Of a stretch of DNA of 64,000 nt, positions 18,417 to 29,246 are shown one piece after another; positions within the stretch are counted from its first letter, which is position 1, and each line of letters starts with the position of its first letter. Location of the stretch: NCBI GenBank assembly GCA_030690265.1, contig JAUYHA010000071.1, positions 3,998 to 67,997 on the forward strand, in the 5' to 3' direction. Source of the DNA: Dehalococcoidales bacterium. Lineage in GTDB: Bacteria > Chloroflexota > Dehalococcoidia > Dehalococcoidales > UBA2162. The position numbers and the translations under genes are program-made. Under the pieces are notes generated by a model that saw nothing but the letters and a program-made list of their open reading frames with translations, searched no databases and was not told the DNA's origin.

Positions 18417-19673
18417 TTGGTAAATAGCCTCGATAACAGGGTAGTGGTCTCCGGGATAGGTTGTTTTTCTCCTCTTGGGCTGGATATTGTCACTACCTGG
18501 GAAAATCTTATTGCCGGCAAGTCCGGTATTGACTATATAACCCTCTTCGATGCTGAGAAGTTTGATACCAGGTTCGCCGGTGAGGTAAAAGGCTTTGAGC
18601 CTACCAACTACCTTGACCGTAAGGAAGCTCGCCGGATGGACCGCTTTGCTCAGCTATCAGTTGCCGCCAGCAAGCAGGCGGTAGAACAAGCTGGAATTCA
18701 AATCAACTCGGCCAACCAGGGTCAAATCGGCATCATAATTGGCAGCGGTATCGGCGGTTTAACCACTTTATATGAGCAAACCAAGATACTGGTTGAAAAT
18801 GGTCCCGGGGAGGTAAGCCCCTTCCTGGTGCCGATGATGATAGCTGATATGGCGGCGGCTCAGGTATCCATTACCCTGGGAGTGAAGGGAGTAAACCTCT
18901 GTACCACATCGGCCTGCTCCAGCAGCTCTGATGCTATGGGTGTGGCTTACGAGCTTATCAAACGGGGAGATGCCCTGGTAGCGATAACCGGCGGTGCCGA
19001 GGCAATTATTAATCCGCTGGGTATCAGTGCCTTCAATGCCTTGAGGGCACTTTCCACCAGGAACGAGGCTCCGCAGCAGGCTTCCCGCCCCTTTGATGCC
19101 GGGCATGACGGTTTTGTCATCGGCGAGGGGGCCTGTGCTCTCATTTTTGAAAGCCTGACTCATGCTCAACAGCGGGGGGCTAACATTCTGGCTGAGGTTA
19201 TCGCCTATGGTGCCAGCGGCGACGCCTTTCACATCACCCGCCCTGATGATGATGGTGATGGTGCGGCTAGAGCTATACAGCTTGCCCTGAATAAAGCGGG
19301 ATTAGCTCCGGATGATATTGATTATATTAATGCCCACGGCACCTCCACTCCACTTAATGACCGGATGGAGACCAGGGCGATAAAGACCGTATTTGGTGAG
19401 CAGGCTTATCGTATTCCGGTAAGTTCCACCAAATCAATGACCGGGCATCTCATTGGTGCTTCCGGCTCCTTGGAAGCCGCAGTATGTATCATGGCTATCA
19501 AGCACGGCATAATACCACCGACAATAAATCTTTGCCAACCTGCCCCCGAGTGTGACCTGGATTATGTCCCTGGTAAAGCCCGCCGGGCTGAAGTTAATGT
19601 GGCTCTATCTAACTCCTTCGGCTTTGGCGGTCACAACTCGGTTTTGATTTTCCGGAAATATAGTGAGGACTAG
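18417..19673 (+). CDS. fabF: 3-oxoacyl-ACP synthase II
   Basis: SACSS, NAHGTST, STKSMTGH, NSFGFGG. Confidence 0.96.
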   Translation: MVNSLDNRVVVSGIGCFSPLGLDIVTTWENLIAGKSGIDYITLFDAEKFDTRFAGEVKGFEPTNYLDRKEARRMDRFAQLSVAASKQAVEQAGIQINSANQGQIGIIIGSGIGGLTTLYEQTKILVENGPGEVSPFLVPMMIADMAAAQVSITLGVKGVNLCTTSACSSSSDAMGVAYELIKRGDALVAITGGAEAIINPLGISAFNALRALSTRNEAPQQASRPFDAGHDGFVIGEGACALIFESLTHAQQRGANILAEVIAYGASGDAFHITRPDDDGDGAARAIQLALNKAGLAPDDIDYINAHGTSTPLNDRMETRAIKTVFGEQAYRIPVSSTKSMTGHLIGASGSLEAAVCIMAIKHGIIPPTINLCQPAPECDLDYVPGKARRAEVNVALSNSFGFGGHNSVLIFRKYSED

Positions 19674-19675
19674 GC

Positions 19676-21370
19676 TTGAGCCATAGCCGCTGGAACCTGC
19701 TGCCGGCTGTTCCCGATAAGCATTTGAGCGGTGCTCCAGGTTTCTCACGGCTGATAGCCCAGCTTCTATACAATCGAGGTCTCACCGAGCCATCCCAGGT
19801 GGAATCCTTCATTGCCGCTGATGACAGCCTGGCCGCTGACCCGAATTTGCTGCCAGGTATGCATCAGGCGGTCGCCCGGCTTTACCGGGCTTTGCTTTCC
19901 CAGGAAAACATTGCTATCTACGGTGACTATGATGCTGATGGCGTTACCGCTACCGCCCTGTTAGTTCAGGGGTTAACTTTGCTGAACGGTAAAGCTATAC
20001 CCTACATACCTCACCGCCTGACCGAAGGCTATGGTCTTAAAACGGCGGCGTTAGAGAATTTATACCGGCAGGGTATCAGCCTGGTAGTAACCGTTGATTG
20101 CGGGATTACCGCTGTGTCTCAGGTGAAAAGAGCAAAAAGGTTGGGGCTTGACATAATTATTACCGACCACCACACTCCCCCGGCTGAAATCCCGCCGGCA
20201 AGTGCAGTAATCAATCCCAAGCTGCCTGACTCAAAATATCCCTATACGGAGCTGGCGGGTGTCGGGGTAGCCTTTAAGCTTCTTCAGGCTCTGTTTTGCG
20301 GGCTTGGTAGAGAGCGGGAGCTAAATGAGCTTCTGGACCTGGTAGCCCTGGGCACTGTGGCTGATATGGTGCCTTTGCTGGGTGAAAACCGGTACCTGAC
20401 CAGGCTGGGACTAGCCCAGCTGACCAATTTTCCCCGCCCCGGCATCAGGGAAATTGTAAGCCAGTCGGGGATGAGTACTACCAGCTTTGACAGTGAGAGT
20501 ATTTCCTGGGTCATTGCCCCGCGCCTGAATGCAGCTGGCAGGCTGGAACACGCTATGGGCAGTTATAAGCTGCTGATGACTGACTCACTGGAAGAAGCTC
20601 GGGCTCTGGCCAGATGGCTGGAGCAAAAAAACGGGGAACGGCAGCGATTAACCGCCAGGACTTTAGCTAAAGCCAGGGAGCAGGCAGCGGCTCAGGGGGA
20701 TTTGCCCCTCTTGATGGTCAGCGATAGTGATTACCCTGCGGGCATTATGGGGCTGGTAGCCGGCAGACTGGCGGAGGAGTATTATCGCCCGGTACTTGTC
20801 ATCAGAAGTGGAGAGCGGTTGAGCGGCGGCAGCTGTCGCAGCATTCCCGAATTTGATATTATTCACGCCCTGAATCAGTGCCGCCATCTGCTAACCTACC
20901 TTGGCGGACATTCCCAGGCAGCCGGCTTTGGTTTGCTGACCAGAAACTTGCCACGACTGCAGCAGGAGCTTGTCCACCTGGCGGCCATACAACTGGAAGG
21001 CGTTGACCTTCGTCCCAGGGTAGACATTGATGCTGAGGTCACCCTTTCCGATATGGCGGGAGATACTTTCGCCGAAATTCAAAAACTTGCCCCCTTTGGG
21101 CAGGGTAACCCGCTGCCCACCTTTCTCAGCCGCCGGGTGGAGATTATTGACTGCCGTACTATGGGTAATGGTGGTGACCACTTGAGGCTGAGGTTGAGGC
21201 AGGATGGCACTGTGTGGGACGGCGTAGGCTTCGGCCTGGGTAACTATCTGAATGAAATGGCGTCTCCCCTTGATATTGTCTATAGCCTGGAGCTAGACCG
21301 CTGGAACGGACAGGAAAAACTCAGGCTCAATATCCTTGACTTTGCTCCGGCCGGGGCTGGTTCAGATTAA
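19676..21370 (+). CDS. recJ: ssDNA exonuclease RecJ
   Basis: YGDYDADG, TVDCG, TDHH, PRLNAAGR, GGH, PFGQGN. Confidence 0.96.
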   Translation: MSHSRWNLLPAVPDKHLSGAPGFSRLIAQLLYNRGLTEPSQVESFIAADDSLAADPNLLPGMHQAVARLYRALLSQENIAIYGDYDADGVTATALLVQGLTLLNGKAIPYIPHRLTEGYGLKTAALENLYRQGISLVVTVDCGITAVSQVKRAKRLGLDIIITDHHTPPAEIPPASAVINPKLPDSKYPYTELAGVGVAFKLLQALFCGLGRERELNELLDLVALGTVADMVPLLGENRYLTRLGLAQLTNFPRPGIREIVSQSGMSTTSFDSESISWVIAPRLNAAGRLEHAMGSYKLLMTDSLEEARALARWLEQKNGERQRLTARTLAKAREQAAAQGDLPLLMVSDSDYPAGIMGLVAGRLAEEYYRPVLVIRSGERLSGGSCRSIPEFDIIHALNQCRHLLTYLGGHSQAAGFGLLTRNLPRLQQELVHLAAIQLEGVDLRPRVDIDAEVTLSDMAGDTFAEIQKLAPFGQGNPLPTFLSRRVEIIDCRTMGNGGDHLRLRLRQDGTVWDGVGFGLGNYLNEMASPLDIVYSLELDRWNGQEKLRLNILDFAPAGAGSD

Positions 21371-21456
21371 TGGCGCCATCATAGTGGTGCTGTAAAAAGA
21401 ACGGGTTGTTTTTATAAAAATAAATGCTTATAATTGCCAGTGATTGTGTTCCTATT

Positions 21457-21546
21457 TGTCGTTGCGAGGAACGTTAATGACGAAGCAATCTATATGAATA
21501 ATTTATAGAGATTGCCACGTCCTTCTGAGAAGGACTCGCAATGACA
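21457..21546. repeat. GTC.TTGCGAG..CTCGCAATGAC palindrome (un-nested form)
   Basis: Family consensus, AT-rich spacer. Confidence 0.85.
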
Positions 21547-21567
21547 GAATAGTTAGGAGATAAGTTA

Positions 21568-22368
21568 ATGGAAATAGCAACGCTGTGGGTGGCTCTGGGG
21601 CTCGGTCTGCTTTTGGGACTTCGCCATGCCCTGGATGCTGACCACATGGTGGCGGTAACAACAATTGTGAGCGAATACAGGAATTCCCTTAAGGGTATCT
21701 GGATTGGTATCTCCTGGGGGCTGGGGCATACCACCACCCTTTTGCTGGTTGGCCTGACGTTTCTGCTCTTTAAGCTGGCTCTACCACAGCGGTTAGCCCT
21801 GGGCTTCGAGCTGGCGGTGGGTTTTCTGCTGATTGCCCTGGGTATCCAGGTGCTCTGGGGTATTAGAAAAAAGAGGCTGCACTGGCATGCTCATGCTCAT
21901 TCACAGGAAGCTCATCACCACCTGCACGCTCACCAGGAAGGAGCTAGCGAGGGACAACGGCGCCGTTTTACCTGGAGCAGTATCGCTTATTTTCTGGTGG
22001 CGGGAATCTCTCCCGGTGAGCATCATCCGGGGGGGACTTTTGCTGAAGGGCTCCGTCCTTTCTTTCGTTTGAAGTCTTACCTGGTAGGAATTGTCCACGG
22101 TTTAGCAGGCAGTGCTGCCCTGATGCTTCTGGTATTGGCTAGTATCGAGACTACCTGGGCAGGAGTCTTATACATTTTGGTCTTCGGAGTGGGGTCAATA
22201 GCGGCCATGGGCGTTATTACCTTGCTGATGAGTACCCCTTTCGTAATCTCGGCTCGTTTTACTCTCTTGAACTACCTGGTGCACGGTGCGGCTGGAATTG
22301 CCAGCCTGTCACTGGGCAGTTTCCTGATATATGAGATAGTTTTTGTCGAGGGCTTTTTTAGTCTTTGA
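21568..22368 (+). CDS. Nickel/cobalt permease (NiCoT/UreH-like)
   Basis: GLRHALDADH, GLGHT, His-rich loop, GIVHGLAGS. Confidence 0.85.
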   Translation: MEIATLWVALGLGLLLGLRHALDADHMVAVTTIVSEYRNSLKGIWIGISWGLGHTTTLLLVGLTFLLFKLALPQRLALGFELAVGFLLIALGIQVLWGIRKKRLHWHAHAHSQEAHHHLHAHQEGASEGQRRRFTWSSIAYFLVAGISPGEHHPGGTFAEGLRPFFRLKSYLVGIVHGLAGSAALMLLVLASIETTWAGVLYILVFGVGSIAAMGVITLLMSTPFVISARFTLLNYLVHGAAGIASLSLGSFLIYEIVFVEGFFSL

Positions 22369-22392
22369 ACCTTCTTTAAGACAGGACAACAG

Positions 22393-23187
22393 ATGATACG
22401 CATTGGATTGAATCCGATTCTCTTTCAGTTTGGGCCCTTTTCCTTAGCCTGGCACGGTCTATTTATTGCCGTCGGAATGGTGGTAGCGGTCTGGCTTTCG
22501 GCTCGTCTGGCGGCTAAGGCAGGACTTTCGGTAGAGACCATTTACTCTCTGGCTCTCTGGGGAATCCCCGGAGGTATCATCGGTGCTCGATTGGTGCATG
22601 TGATTGACTACTGGGACTTTTACCTGGCTCATCCTGGCTCTATCTTAGCACTCTGGGGAGGTGGACTGGCTGTGTGGGGAGGTATCCTCGGGGGGGCAGT
22701 CACCGGGGTAATGTATCTCTGGATAAAGGGTATTCCTTCGGGAGTTTATGCTGATGTAATTGCCCCGGGGCTTATCCTGGCTCAGGCGATAGGGAGGATT
22801 GGCGATGTAATTAACGGCGAGCATATCAGCAGCGCTACCACTCTACCCTGGGGCGTGGTATATACTCATCCCGGCAGTCCCAGTTATGGTCTGCCGCCTA
22901 CGCACCCGGCGGTAGCTTACGAGTTGCTTATGAACCTTGTTATTTTCGGCTTACTCTTGAAGTTACGGGGGCGTATTCAGCCCGGTGGCTCGCTTTTCCT
23001 GCTCTATCTTATTCTTTATTCTACAGGTCGTTTCTTTCTCAACTTCCTGCGTATGGACAGCAATACCCTTTTCCTGTCTCTCGCTCAGCCGCAATGGATC
23101 AGCCTGCTGGTCCTGGTGGTGGCAGTGCCTCTCTTTGTCTTCCGGAAGCTTTCTCACCGGTCGGTGGGAACAGAAGCTAATAGCTAG
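22393..23187 (+). CDS. lgt: Prolipoprotein diacylglyceryl transferase
   Basis: IIGARL, GGL..GG, QAIGRIG..NGE, LPWG, HP..YE. Confidence 0.92.
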   Translation: MIRIGLNPILFQFGPFSLAWHGLFIAVGMVVAVWLSARLAAKAGLSVETIYSLALWGIPGGIIGARLVHVIDYWDFYLAHPGSILALWGGGLAVWGGILGGAVTGVMYLWIKGIPSGVYADVIAPGLILAQAIGRIGDVINGEHISSATTLPWGVVYTHPGSPSYGLPPTHPAVAYELLMNLVIFGLLLKLRGRIQPGGSLFLLYLILYSTGRFFLNFLRMDSNTLFLSLAQPQWISLLVLVVAVPLFVFRKLSHRSVGTEANS

Positions 23188-23197
23188 GCAGATTATT

Positions 23198-23476
23198 TTA
23201 CCCTATTATTTCTCTTGGTGGGCCTTCTATCTTGAGGATACTTCCCTTAGTCACCCTGATTTTTGTTCCTGATTCAACGATGATAACAACGCTGCCTTCG
23301 TCAATCTGGTCAACTTTTCCGTACATTCCACCGGCAGTGATTACAATATCGCCCTTCGCCAGGTCGAGCACTAATCTGTCGTGCTGCTGCTCACGGTGGC
23401 GAATGGGTCTAATCATTAGGAAGTACCATACAATGATAAGAAAGCCAACAAACAGAACTATGGGAATCCAGGTCAT
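23198..23476 (-). CDS. yajC: Preprotein translocase subunit YajC
   Basis: YFLMIRP, KGDIVITAGGMYGKV. Confidence 0.93.
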   Translation of the reverse strand: MTWIPIVLFVGFLIIVWYFLMIRPIRHREQQHDRLVLDLAKGDIVITAGGMYGKVDQIDEGSVVIIVESGTKIRVTKGSILKIEGPPREIIG

Positions 23477-23490
23477 TTTATTCTCCCTTT

Positions 23491-24750
23491 TTAATTGTTA
23501 CTCTTTAATTCAACCTTACCCTGTAATGACCAGGGGCTTGTTTTCTCGATTTTGACATTCACCAGTTGACCCAGGTAGTCGCCATTATCGCTGAAGAAGA
23601 CCAGTTTATCACTTTTGGTGCGGCCATGCCATTTGCCCTGCTTTCTTGCCTCTACCAGCACTTCAAGTGTTGTGCCCAGCAGCCGGGCGTTAATTTCAGT
23701 GCTAATTTCTTCCTGGAGATGCTCGAGGGTATTCAGCCGCTTTCTTTTCTCCTCAGCCGTAACATTATCTTCAAGCTCTCTGGCGGCAACGGTTCCTTTT
23801 CTTGGAGAATAGGCGGCTATATGGACAGTGTCAAATCTTAATTCAGAAAGCAGGTCAGCCGTCCTGTGGAACTGTTCTTCAGTTTCTGAAGGGAAGCCAA
23901 CGATGACATCGGTGCTGAGAGCTACCCCTGGTATTTTATGGCGTATCTCGGTTACAAGCCGTCGGTAATTCTCCACGGTGTAATCGCGTCTCATTGCTTT
24001 CAGTATATCATTATCTCCTGACTGGACGGGAAGGCTTATCTGCTCACAGACCTTATCCAGGCTGGCTATCGCTTCAATAAGCCTGGTACTCATTTTCCGG
24101 GGATGGCTGGTTAAAAAGCGCAGGCGACCCAGTCCATCTATACTGTTTAGCTCACCAAGCAGGTCAGCCAGGTCCGGTTTGCCGGGTAAGTCATGCCCGT
24201 AGGAATCCACAATTTGTCCCAGTAAAGTGACCTCTCTGGTGCCGCGGCGCACCAGTTCCCTGACCTCGCAGGCTATTTCCGCTATCGGCCGGCTCCTCTC
24301 TCTACCGCGTCGGTAGGGAACAATGCAGTAGGAGCAAAAGTTATCACAGCCCTGAATAATGGGAATATAGGCAGCTGGTGGGGAGTGGTGGGGTAATAGC
24401 TGACCCGGTTCGGTTTTATCCTGCCAGGGGGGAAGCTCACCGGGCTTAAAAAAGTGGTCAACAAAGGAGTAGCTTTTTTTAAGCCGGTCAATATTTGAGT
24501 CTACCAGACAGCCGGTTAAAGCGATGGTCAGATTGGGGCGCCGCCTTTTCAGTGATTTAAGGGAGCTGAGCTTGTTAATGACCCGGTTTTCGGCGCTCTG
24601 CCTGACCACACAGCTATTGAGCACAAGTAAATCAGCCTCCTCGGCGGTGGAGGCAGCCTGGTAGCCCTGCTGCTCAAAGAGGCTGCCCAGCCGTTCTGAT
24701 TCCGCCTTATTCATCTGACAGCCGATTGTCCAGAGATAATATTGAAGCAT
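23491..24750 (-). CDS. miaB: tRNA i6A37 methylthiotransferase
   Basis: TIGCQMN, NSCVVR, GCDNFCSYC, FLTSHP, LPVQSG, TRAM domain. Confidence 0.92.
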   Translation of the reverse strand: MLQYYLWTIGCQMNKAESERLGSLFEQQGYQAASTAEEADLLVLNSCVVRQSAENRVINKLSSLKSLKRRRPNLTIALTGCLVDSNIDRLKKSYSFVDHFFKPGELPPWQDKTEPGQLLPHHSPPAAYIPIIQGCDNFCSYCIVPYRRGRERSRPIAEIACEVRELVRRGTREVTLLGQIVDSYGHDLPGKPDLADLLGELNSIDGLGRLRFLTSHPRKMSTRLIEAIASLDKVCEQISLPVQSGDNDILKAMRRDYTVENYRRLVTEIRHKIPGVALSTDVIVGFPSETEEQFHRTADLLSELRFDTVHIAAYSPRKGTVAARELEDNVTAEEKRKRLNTLEHLQEEISTEINARLLGTTLEVLVEARKQGKWHGRTKSDKLVFFSDNGDYLGQLVNVKIEKTSPWSLQGKVELKSNN

Positions 24751-24808
24751 GGTCCTCTACTCTTGCCTTATTGTTGGAAAATATTCTCTATCGTGAGGGG
24801 CTGCTTTC

Positions 24809-24900
24809 TGGCGGAGGGGGAGGGATTCGAACCCTCGACCCCAGTTACCTGGGGTAAGCACTTAGCAGGCGCCCGCACTAGACCACTATGCGACCCCTCC
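24809..24900 (-). tRNA. tRNA-Ser(GCT)
   Basis: GGAGGGG acceptor stem, anticodon loop CT-GCT-AA, long variable arm, GTTCGAATC, encoded CCA. Confidence 0.95.
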
Positions 24901-24941
24901 GTGTTTCCAGAGCTAATTATATTTAATTATGCCTCTTTTTA

Positions 24942-25463
24942 CAACCCCTCCCCCTGTCCCCTTCCCCTGATAAGGGAAGGGGGAAATATAAAAAAAGAGA
25001 AGGGCGAAACCTCTCTCAAACACCCCTAAGATTAGGAAATATCAGGGATGTTTAAGAAAGGTGGAACCCTTCTTTCCAAAACCTCTTCCCCCTCTCCTTT
25101 CTAAGGGTCTGTATCAAAAGTGGTTTTTGCCTGTCACCCTGAGCATATTCGCTCCGTTCACTCTGACGATAATCGGAACGAGTTCACTCTGACCTCGGTC
25201 TGAACTCGGTCTGAAGACGATAACCTGCTCCGAGCTTGTCGAGGCAAGTCGGAACGAGCTCAGTGTAAACTCAGCGAAGGGTCTAAGTGTGGCGGGGACT
25301 AGCGATTCACCACCAGCCCCACGCCCAGATTCTTCGTCGCTTCGCTCCTTAGAATGACATTTGATACAAGACCCTCTTTTAAGGAGAGGGGTTCATCCTG
25401 AAGGGTTCAGCCCGAGTTCACCCCGAGGGGTTCACCCTGAAGGGGATAAAGGGGGTGAGGTTA
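24942..25463. mobile_element. Multi-level nested repeat locus (A-B-B-A' with W2 shell and micro-modules)
   Basis: W2 GGGTCTGTATCAAA (25105) .. TTTGATACAAGACCC (25374) sits in the loop of A'; near-copy of 11606-11931. Confidence 0.8.
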
Positions 25464-25529
25464 ATAACCATTCTTCTAAGATGTGTGATAATATTTAGAC
25501 TGGTTACTTGACTTCTGAGTTGATTCAAT

Positions 25530-26309
25530 ATGGCTAAAGATAGCTTATCAGCGGATACCATTAAGAGGGGTCTGGAGACCCGCTTTATCGGGCAGAGGGT
25601 TCTTTACCATCCCAGTGTGACTTCCACGATGGAGATTGCCCGGCGAGAGGCCCGGCAGGGTGCTGCTGAAGGAACGCTTGTCGTTGCCGGTGAGCAGACG
25701 GTGGGGAGGGGACGGTCAAAGCATGTCTGGCTGACACCTGAGGGGAACATTGCTCTGTCTTTAATTCTTCACCCCGGATTGTCCTGCCTGCCTTCTCTTA
25801 TCATGCTGGCTTCGCTTGCAGTAGCCCGCAGCATAGAAAGAGTCACCGGTTTATCGCCGCAGGTTAAGTGGCCCAATGATATTCTTATTAACGGTAAGAA
25901 GGTGTGCGGTATTTTAATTGAAAGTGATGTGCAGGGTAGCACGGTGAACTACACTATTATTGGTATCGGCATAAATGTTAATCTGAAGCCAGCCGATTTC
26001 GCCGAGATTCGGGAGATTGCCACCAGTCTTTCTTATGAGTTGGGACAGGAGGTATCATATCTTAGTATGTTGCGTTGCCTTTTAACCGAGCTGGAGAGCT
26101 TATACTTGCTCCTGCTCTCCGGCGGGTCTCTTTATGAAGAGTGGCGGGCTAAACTGGTGACACTGGGTAAGAAAGTCCGGGTGATATCAGGCGACACTGT
26201 TCAGGAAGGGATAGCTGAAGAGGTGACCCGGGACGGCGGTCTGTTACTGCGCCGCCCGGATGGCGAGTTTACCCGGATAGTTGCCGGGGAGACCAGCTCT
26301 ATAGATTAA
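25530..26309 (+). CDS. birA: Biotin--protein ligase
   Basis: STM, QTVGRGR, KWPND, KKVCGIL, GIGIN; no HTH. Confidence 0.94.
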   Translation: MAKDSLSADTIKRGLETRFIGQRVLYHPSVTSTMEIARREARQGAAEGTLVVAGEQTVGRGRSKHVWLTPEGNIALSLILHPGLSCLPSLIMLASLAVARSIERVTGLSPQVKWPNDILINGKKVCGILIESDVQGSTVNYTIIGIGINVNLKPADFAEIREIATSLSYELGQEVSYLSMLRCLLTELESLYLLLLSGGSLYEEWRAKLVTLGKKVRVISGDTVQEGIAEEVTRDGGLLLRRPDGEFTRIVAGETSSID

Positions 26310-26310
26310 A

Positions 26311-26349
26311 AATGGTGCTTCAAAGAAGATACATCCTTGAAGCACCATT
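26311..26349. terminator. Hairpin between convergent genes
   Basis: AATGGTGCTTCAA / TTGAAGCACCATT perfect 13-bp stem. Confidence 0.65.
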
Positions 26350-26375
26350 CGGTAACAACTTTGGGCCTGTTTAAG

Positions 26376-27164
26376 TTATTGTCTATCCCCCTCGCTGGAT
26401 GAAGAGGAGGAAGATGCTTTCTTCATAAAGGCACTGATGATGTCAATTGGTATCGGGAAGATGACAATGCTGTTTTTCTCACCGGCTACCTGTAGCATTG
26501 TTTGCAGATAGCGGAGTTGCAGTGCCGTGCTCGTGCTCTCTTTACCGATAACAGCCCCGGCCTCAGCCAGTCTCTCTGATGCCTGGAACTCACCATCGGC
26601 ATGGATAATCTTGGCTCGTCTATCTCTTTCCGCCTCAGCCTGAGCCGCCATCATCCGCTTCATCTGTTCCGCCAGTTCCACCTCTTTAATCTCCACCATG
26701 CTGACTTTGACTCCCCACGGGTCGGTGTTCTCGTCAATTATCGAGGTTAATTTCTCGTTAAGCTTCTCCCTTTCGCTTAGCAGTTCATCAAGCTCGTGTT
26801 GTCCCAGCACATTTCGTAAGGTCGTTTGTCCTATCTGGGATGTTGCCCTGATGTGGTCAAGAACCTTAACCACAGCGTCCTGGGGGTTGATTACCCTGAA
26901 GTAGATAACGGCATTGACCCTGACGGTAACATTATCCTTGGTGATTACCTCCTGTGAGGGGACATCCATAGTTACCACCCGCAGGTCGACCTTCACCATG
27001 CGGTCAACGAAGGGAATAATGAGGAAGAGACCCGGTCCTCTCTGCCCTACAAGCCGTCCCAGGCGGAAAAGGACTCCCCGCTCATATTCGGGGACAATCT
27101 TGACTGACATCGGCAGGACTATAACCAGCAATAAAACAATGAGACCAAGGATAATTGGTGACAT
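26376..27164 (-). CDS. SPFH/stomatin (slipin) protein
   Basis: EYERGVLFRLG, ITKDNV, PWGVKV, QAEAER, ALQLRYLQT. Confidence 0.95.
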   Translation of the reverse strand: MSPIILGLIVLLLVIVLPMSVKIVPEYERGVLFRLGRLVGQRGPGLFLIIPFVDRMVKVDLRVVTMDVPSQEVITKDNVTVRVNAVIYFRVINPQDAVVKVLDHIRATSQIGQTTLRNVLGQHELDELLSEREKLNEKLTSIIDENTDPWGVKVSMVEIKEVELAEQMKRMMAAQAEAERDRRAKIIHADGEFQASERLAEAGAVIGKESTSTALQLRYLQTMLQVAGEKNSIVIFPIPIDIISAFMKKASSSSSSSEGDRQ

Positions 27165-27177
27165 TTGAACTACCTCC

Positions 27178-27495
27178 TTATTTTTCTTCCTTCTTCCGGA
27201 CGTATAATTTCAAGCTATCCACTTTAGTTATTATTACTTCCTCCCCTGCTTTCACCGGGCCGGATTCCGAGATTGCTGCCCACCGTTCCCCATCAACAAA
27301 GACGGTTCCCTGGGGTTCTAAGTTTACCTTGACCACGGCAGTTCTGTCAATCAGTTCTTCCATGCCCGCGGCTATCTTGAAGCGGTGTGCCCGGATGCCC
27401 CAGATAATGGTTACCACGGACATGACGACAAACCCGATTAACAATACGGAAATCAACCACGGGTCTAACATAAAATCCCAGTTAATTATGGGCAT
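27178..27495 (-). CDS. Short NfeD-like OB-fold protein
   Basis: TM helix plus GTVFVDGERWAA; paralogous to the C-terminus of the upstream gene. Confidence 0.85.
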   Translation of the reverse strand: MPIINWDFMLDPWLISVLLIGFVVMSVVTIIWGIRAHRFKIAAGMEELIDRTAVVKVNLEPQGTVFVDGERWAAISESGPVKAGEEVIITKVDSLKLYVRKKEEK

Positions 27496-27499
27496 TTGT

Positions 27500-28819
27500 T
27501 TATTTACCCCCCTGTTTCTTGGTTACATATAGTTTTAAGTTATCCATTCTGGTTATAATCACTTCTTCCTTGGGTTCCACCCGGCCTGATTCTGATATCG
27601 CCTTCCAGCGCTCACCCCTGAATAATACCATACCCTCCGGTGCCAGGGCTACCTCAACTCTAGCCGGCTTGCCAATCAGTTCTTCCCAGCCGGTGGTTGA
27701 TTGAGAATGCTGGGCTTTGATTACTCGCTGAATGATAAAGGCAAAGACGGCGGTAATGAAAATGGCGCTGCCGGCAATCAACCACGGATTTATCTGAAAC
27801 AATGGAATCCTACCGGGAAATAAGAGCAGAGAGCCCAGAACAAGCGAGGCGATTCCTCCGGCAGTGAGTATGCCGAAAGTACTGGTGAACATTTCAGCGA
27901 TAAAGAGGGCGAAAGCAAGCACGATAAGCAAAATCCCTCCCAGGTTGGCATCAAGAACACCTAACGAATAGAAAGCTATTAGCAGGCTAATGACGCCGAT
28001 GATGCCGGGGAAGAACATCCCCGGGTTATATAACTCAGCAATTATACCTATGGTGCCTATGCTGAGCAGAATGTAGGCAATATTGGGGTCGCTAATAGCA
28101 TGCAGAAAGCGTTCAATGGTGCTCATTTCATTTCTGGTTAATTCGTAGTCCGAAGTGTCAAGGGTGACCTCGGCGCCGCTGGCTAACTTAACCTTCCGGC
28201 CATTGATTTCAGAAATAAGGCTTTGTAAGTTATCAGCCCGCAGGTCAATAAGATTCAGATTGAGGGCGTCAATATCGGTGAAGGATTTACTTTCAGTAAC
28301 AGCGAGCTGGGCTTCTTCCAAATTGCGCCCGCGCTCTTCAGCAATGGTCTTCATCCACTTGGCTGAGAACTCGGTTATCTTTTTCATCTGGTCTTCCGGT
28401 ATCTCCTGACCTCCGCCGGATACCGGGTGAGCAGCACCGATAGTTGTGCCCGGCGTCATGGCAGCGATATGGCCGGAGAAAGTAATGAAGGTTCCGGCCG
28501 AAGCCGCCCAGGCGGCTTTTGGCGAGACATAAACAATCACGGGTACATCGGCATTCATAATCTTCTGGACAATTTGCTCTGTCGAACCCAACAGTCCGCC
28601 AGGAGTATTCAGCTCGATTATAACAGCAGCGGCATTCTCGTCTTCAGCCTGGCTTACGCCCCGGTCAATATAATCAGCAATAACTGGAACAATGGTACCA
28701 TCAACAGTTAAGATATGGATTGACTGGGTAACCGCTCCGGCTGTAGTCTGTAACAAAGCAACAGCCAGTATAGCTATAAAAAAAGCCAGACGTCCGAGTC
28801 TGAACTTATTTCCAAACAT
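27500..28819 (-). CDS. nfeD: NfeD membrane serine protease
   Basis: NTPGG, AASAG, IGAAHP, GERWKA. Confidence 0.92.
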   Translation of the reverse strand: MFGNKFRLGRLAFFIAILAVALLQTTAGAVTQSIHILTVDGTIVPVIADYIDRGVSQAEDENAAAVIIELNTPGGLLGSTEQIVQKIMNADVPVIVYVSPKAAWAASAGTFITFSGHIAAMTPGTTIGAAHPVSGGGQEIPEDQMKKITEFSAKWMKTIAEERGRNLEEAQLAVTESKSFTDIDALNLNLIDLRADNLQSLISEINGRKVKLASGAEVTLDTSDYELTRNEMSTIERFLHAISDPNIAYILLSIGTIGIIAELYNPGMFFPGIIGVISLLIAFYSLGVLDANLGGILLIVLAFALFIAEMFTSTFGILTAGGIASLVLGSLLLFPGRIPLFQINPWLIAGSAIFITAVFAFIIQRVIKAQHSQSTTGWEELIGKPARVEVALAPEGMVLFRGERWKAISESGRVEPKEEVIITRMDNLKLYVTKKQGGK

Positions 28820-29246
28820 GCGACCTCTATTAACTTTTGCCAGGCAGTAGTTCCTGGCATCATTCGACCTTAATGAGATGGAACCAATAAAAATATAACA
28901 TAATCTGGGTTCGCTGGCAAGTTACAAGCCTGTTGTGTCGTGTGTTATTTTGAAATGCTTGAGTGGCAATGATACACTTAAGGTATGGCTAAGCAACTGG
29001 CTCGGACATATTATTGTATTCGTAATGATTAGTTTATTCTTTACTTTGATTTTATATTTATTTGTCCCGTACTTCCGCCTTTTATTCTTTTTCTCTGGTA
29101 AGCCATTCTATCTGTTAGGCATTTAAGGTTTTTATGTTTTCTAAAATGATATACTACTCTTGTTGGAGTTGTTTAGCAACTATAGTGGAGAAGAAGAACT
29201 CAAGCTGGAGATAAGGCGGGGGGATAGAATCAGAAATGGAGGAAGG

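Noticed and set aside
24809-25463. Genomic island at tRNA-Ser
   Set aside because: No integrase and no duplicated tRNA 3' end seen; repeats lie on the 5' side
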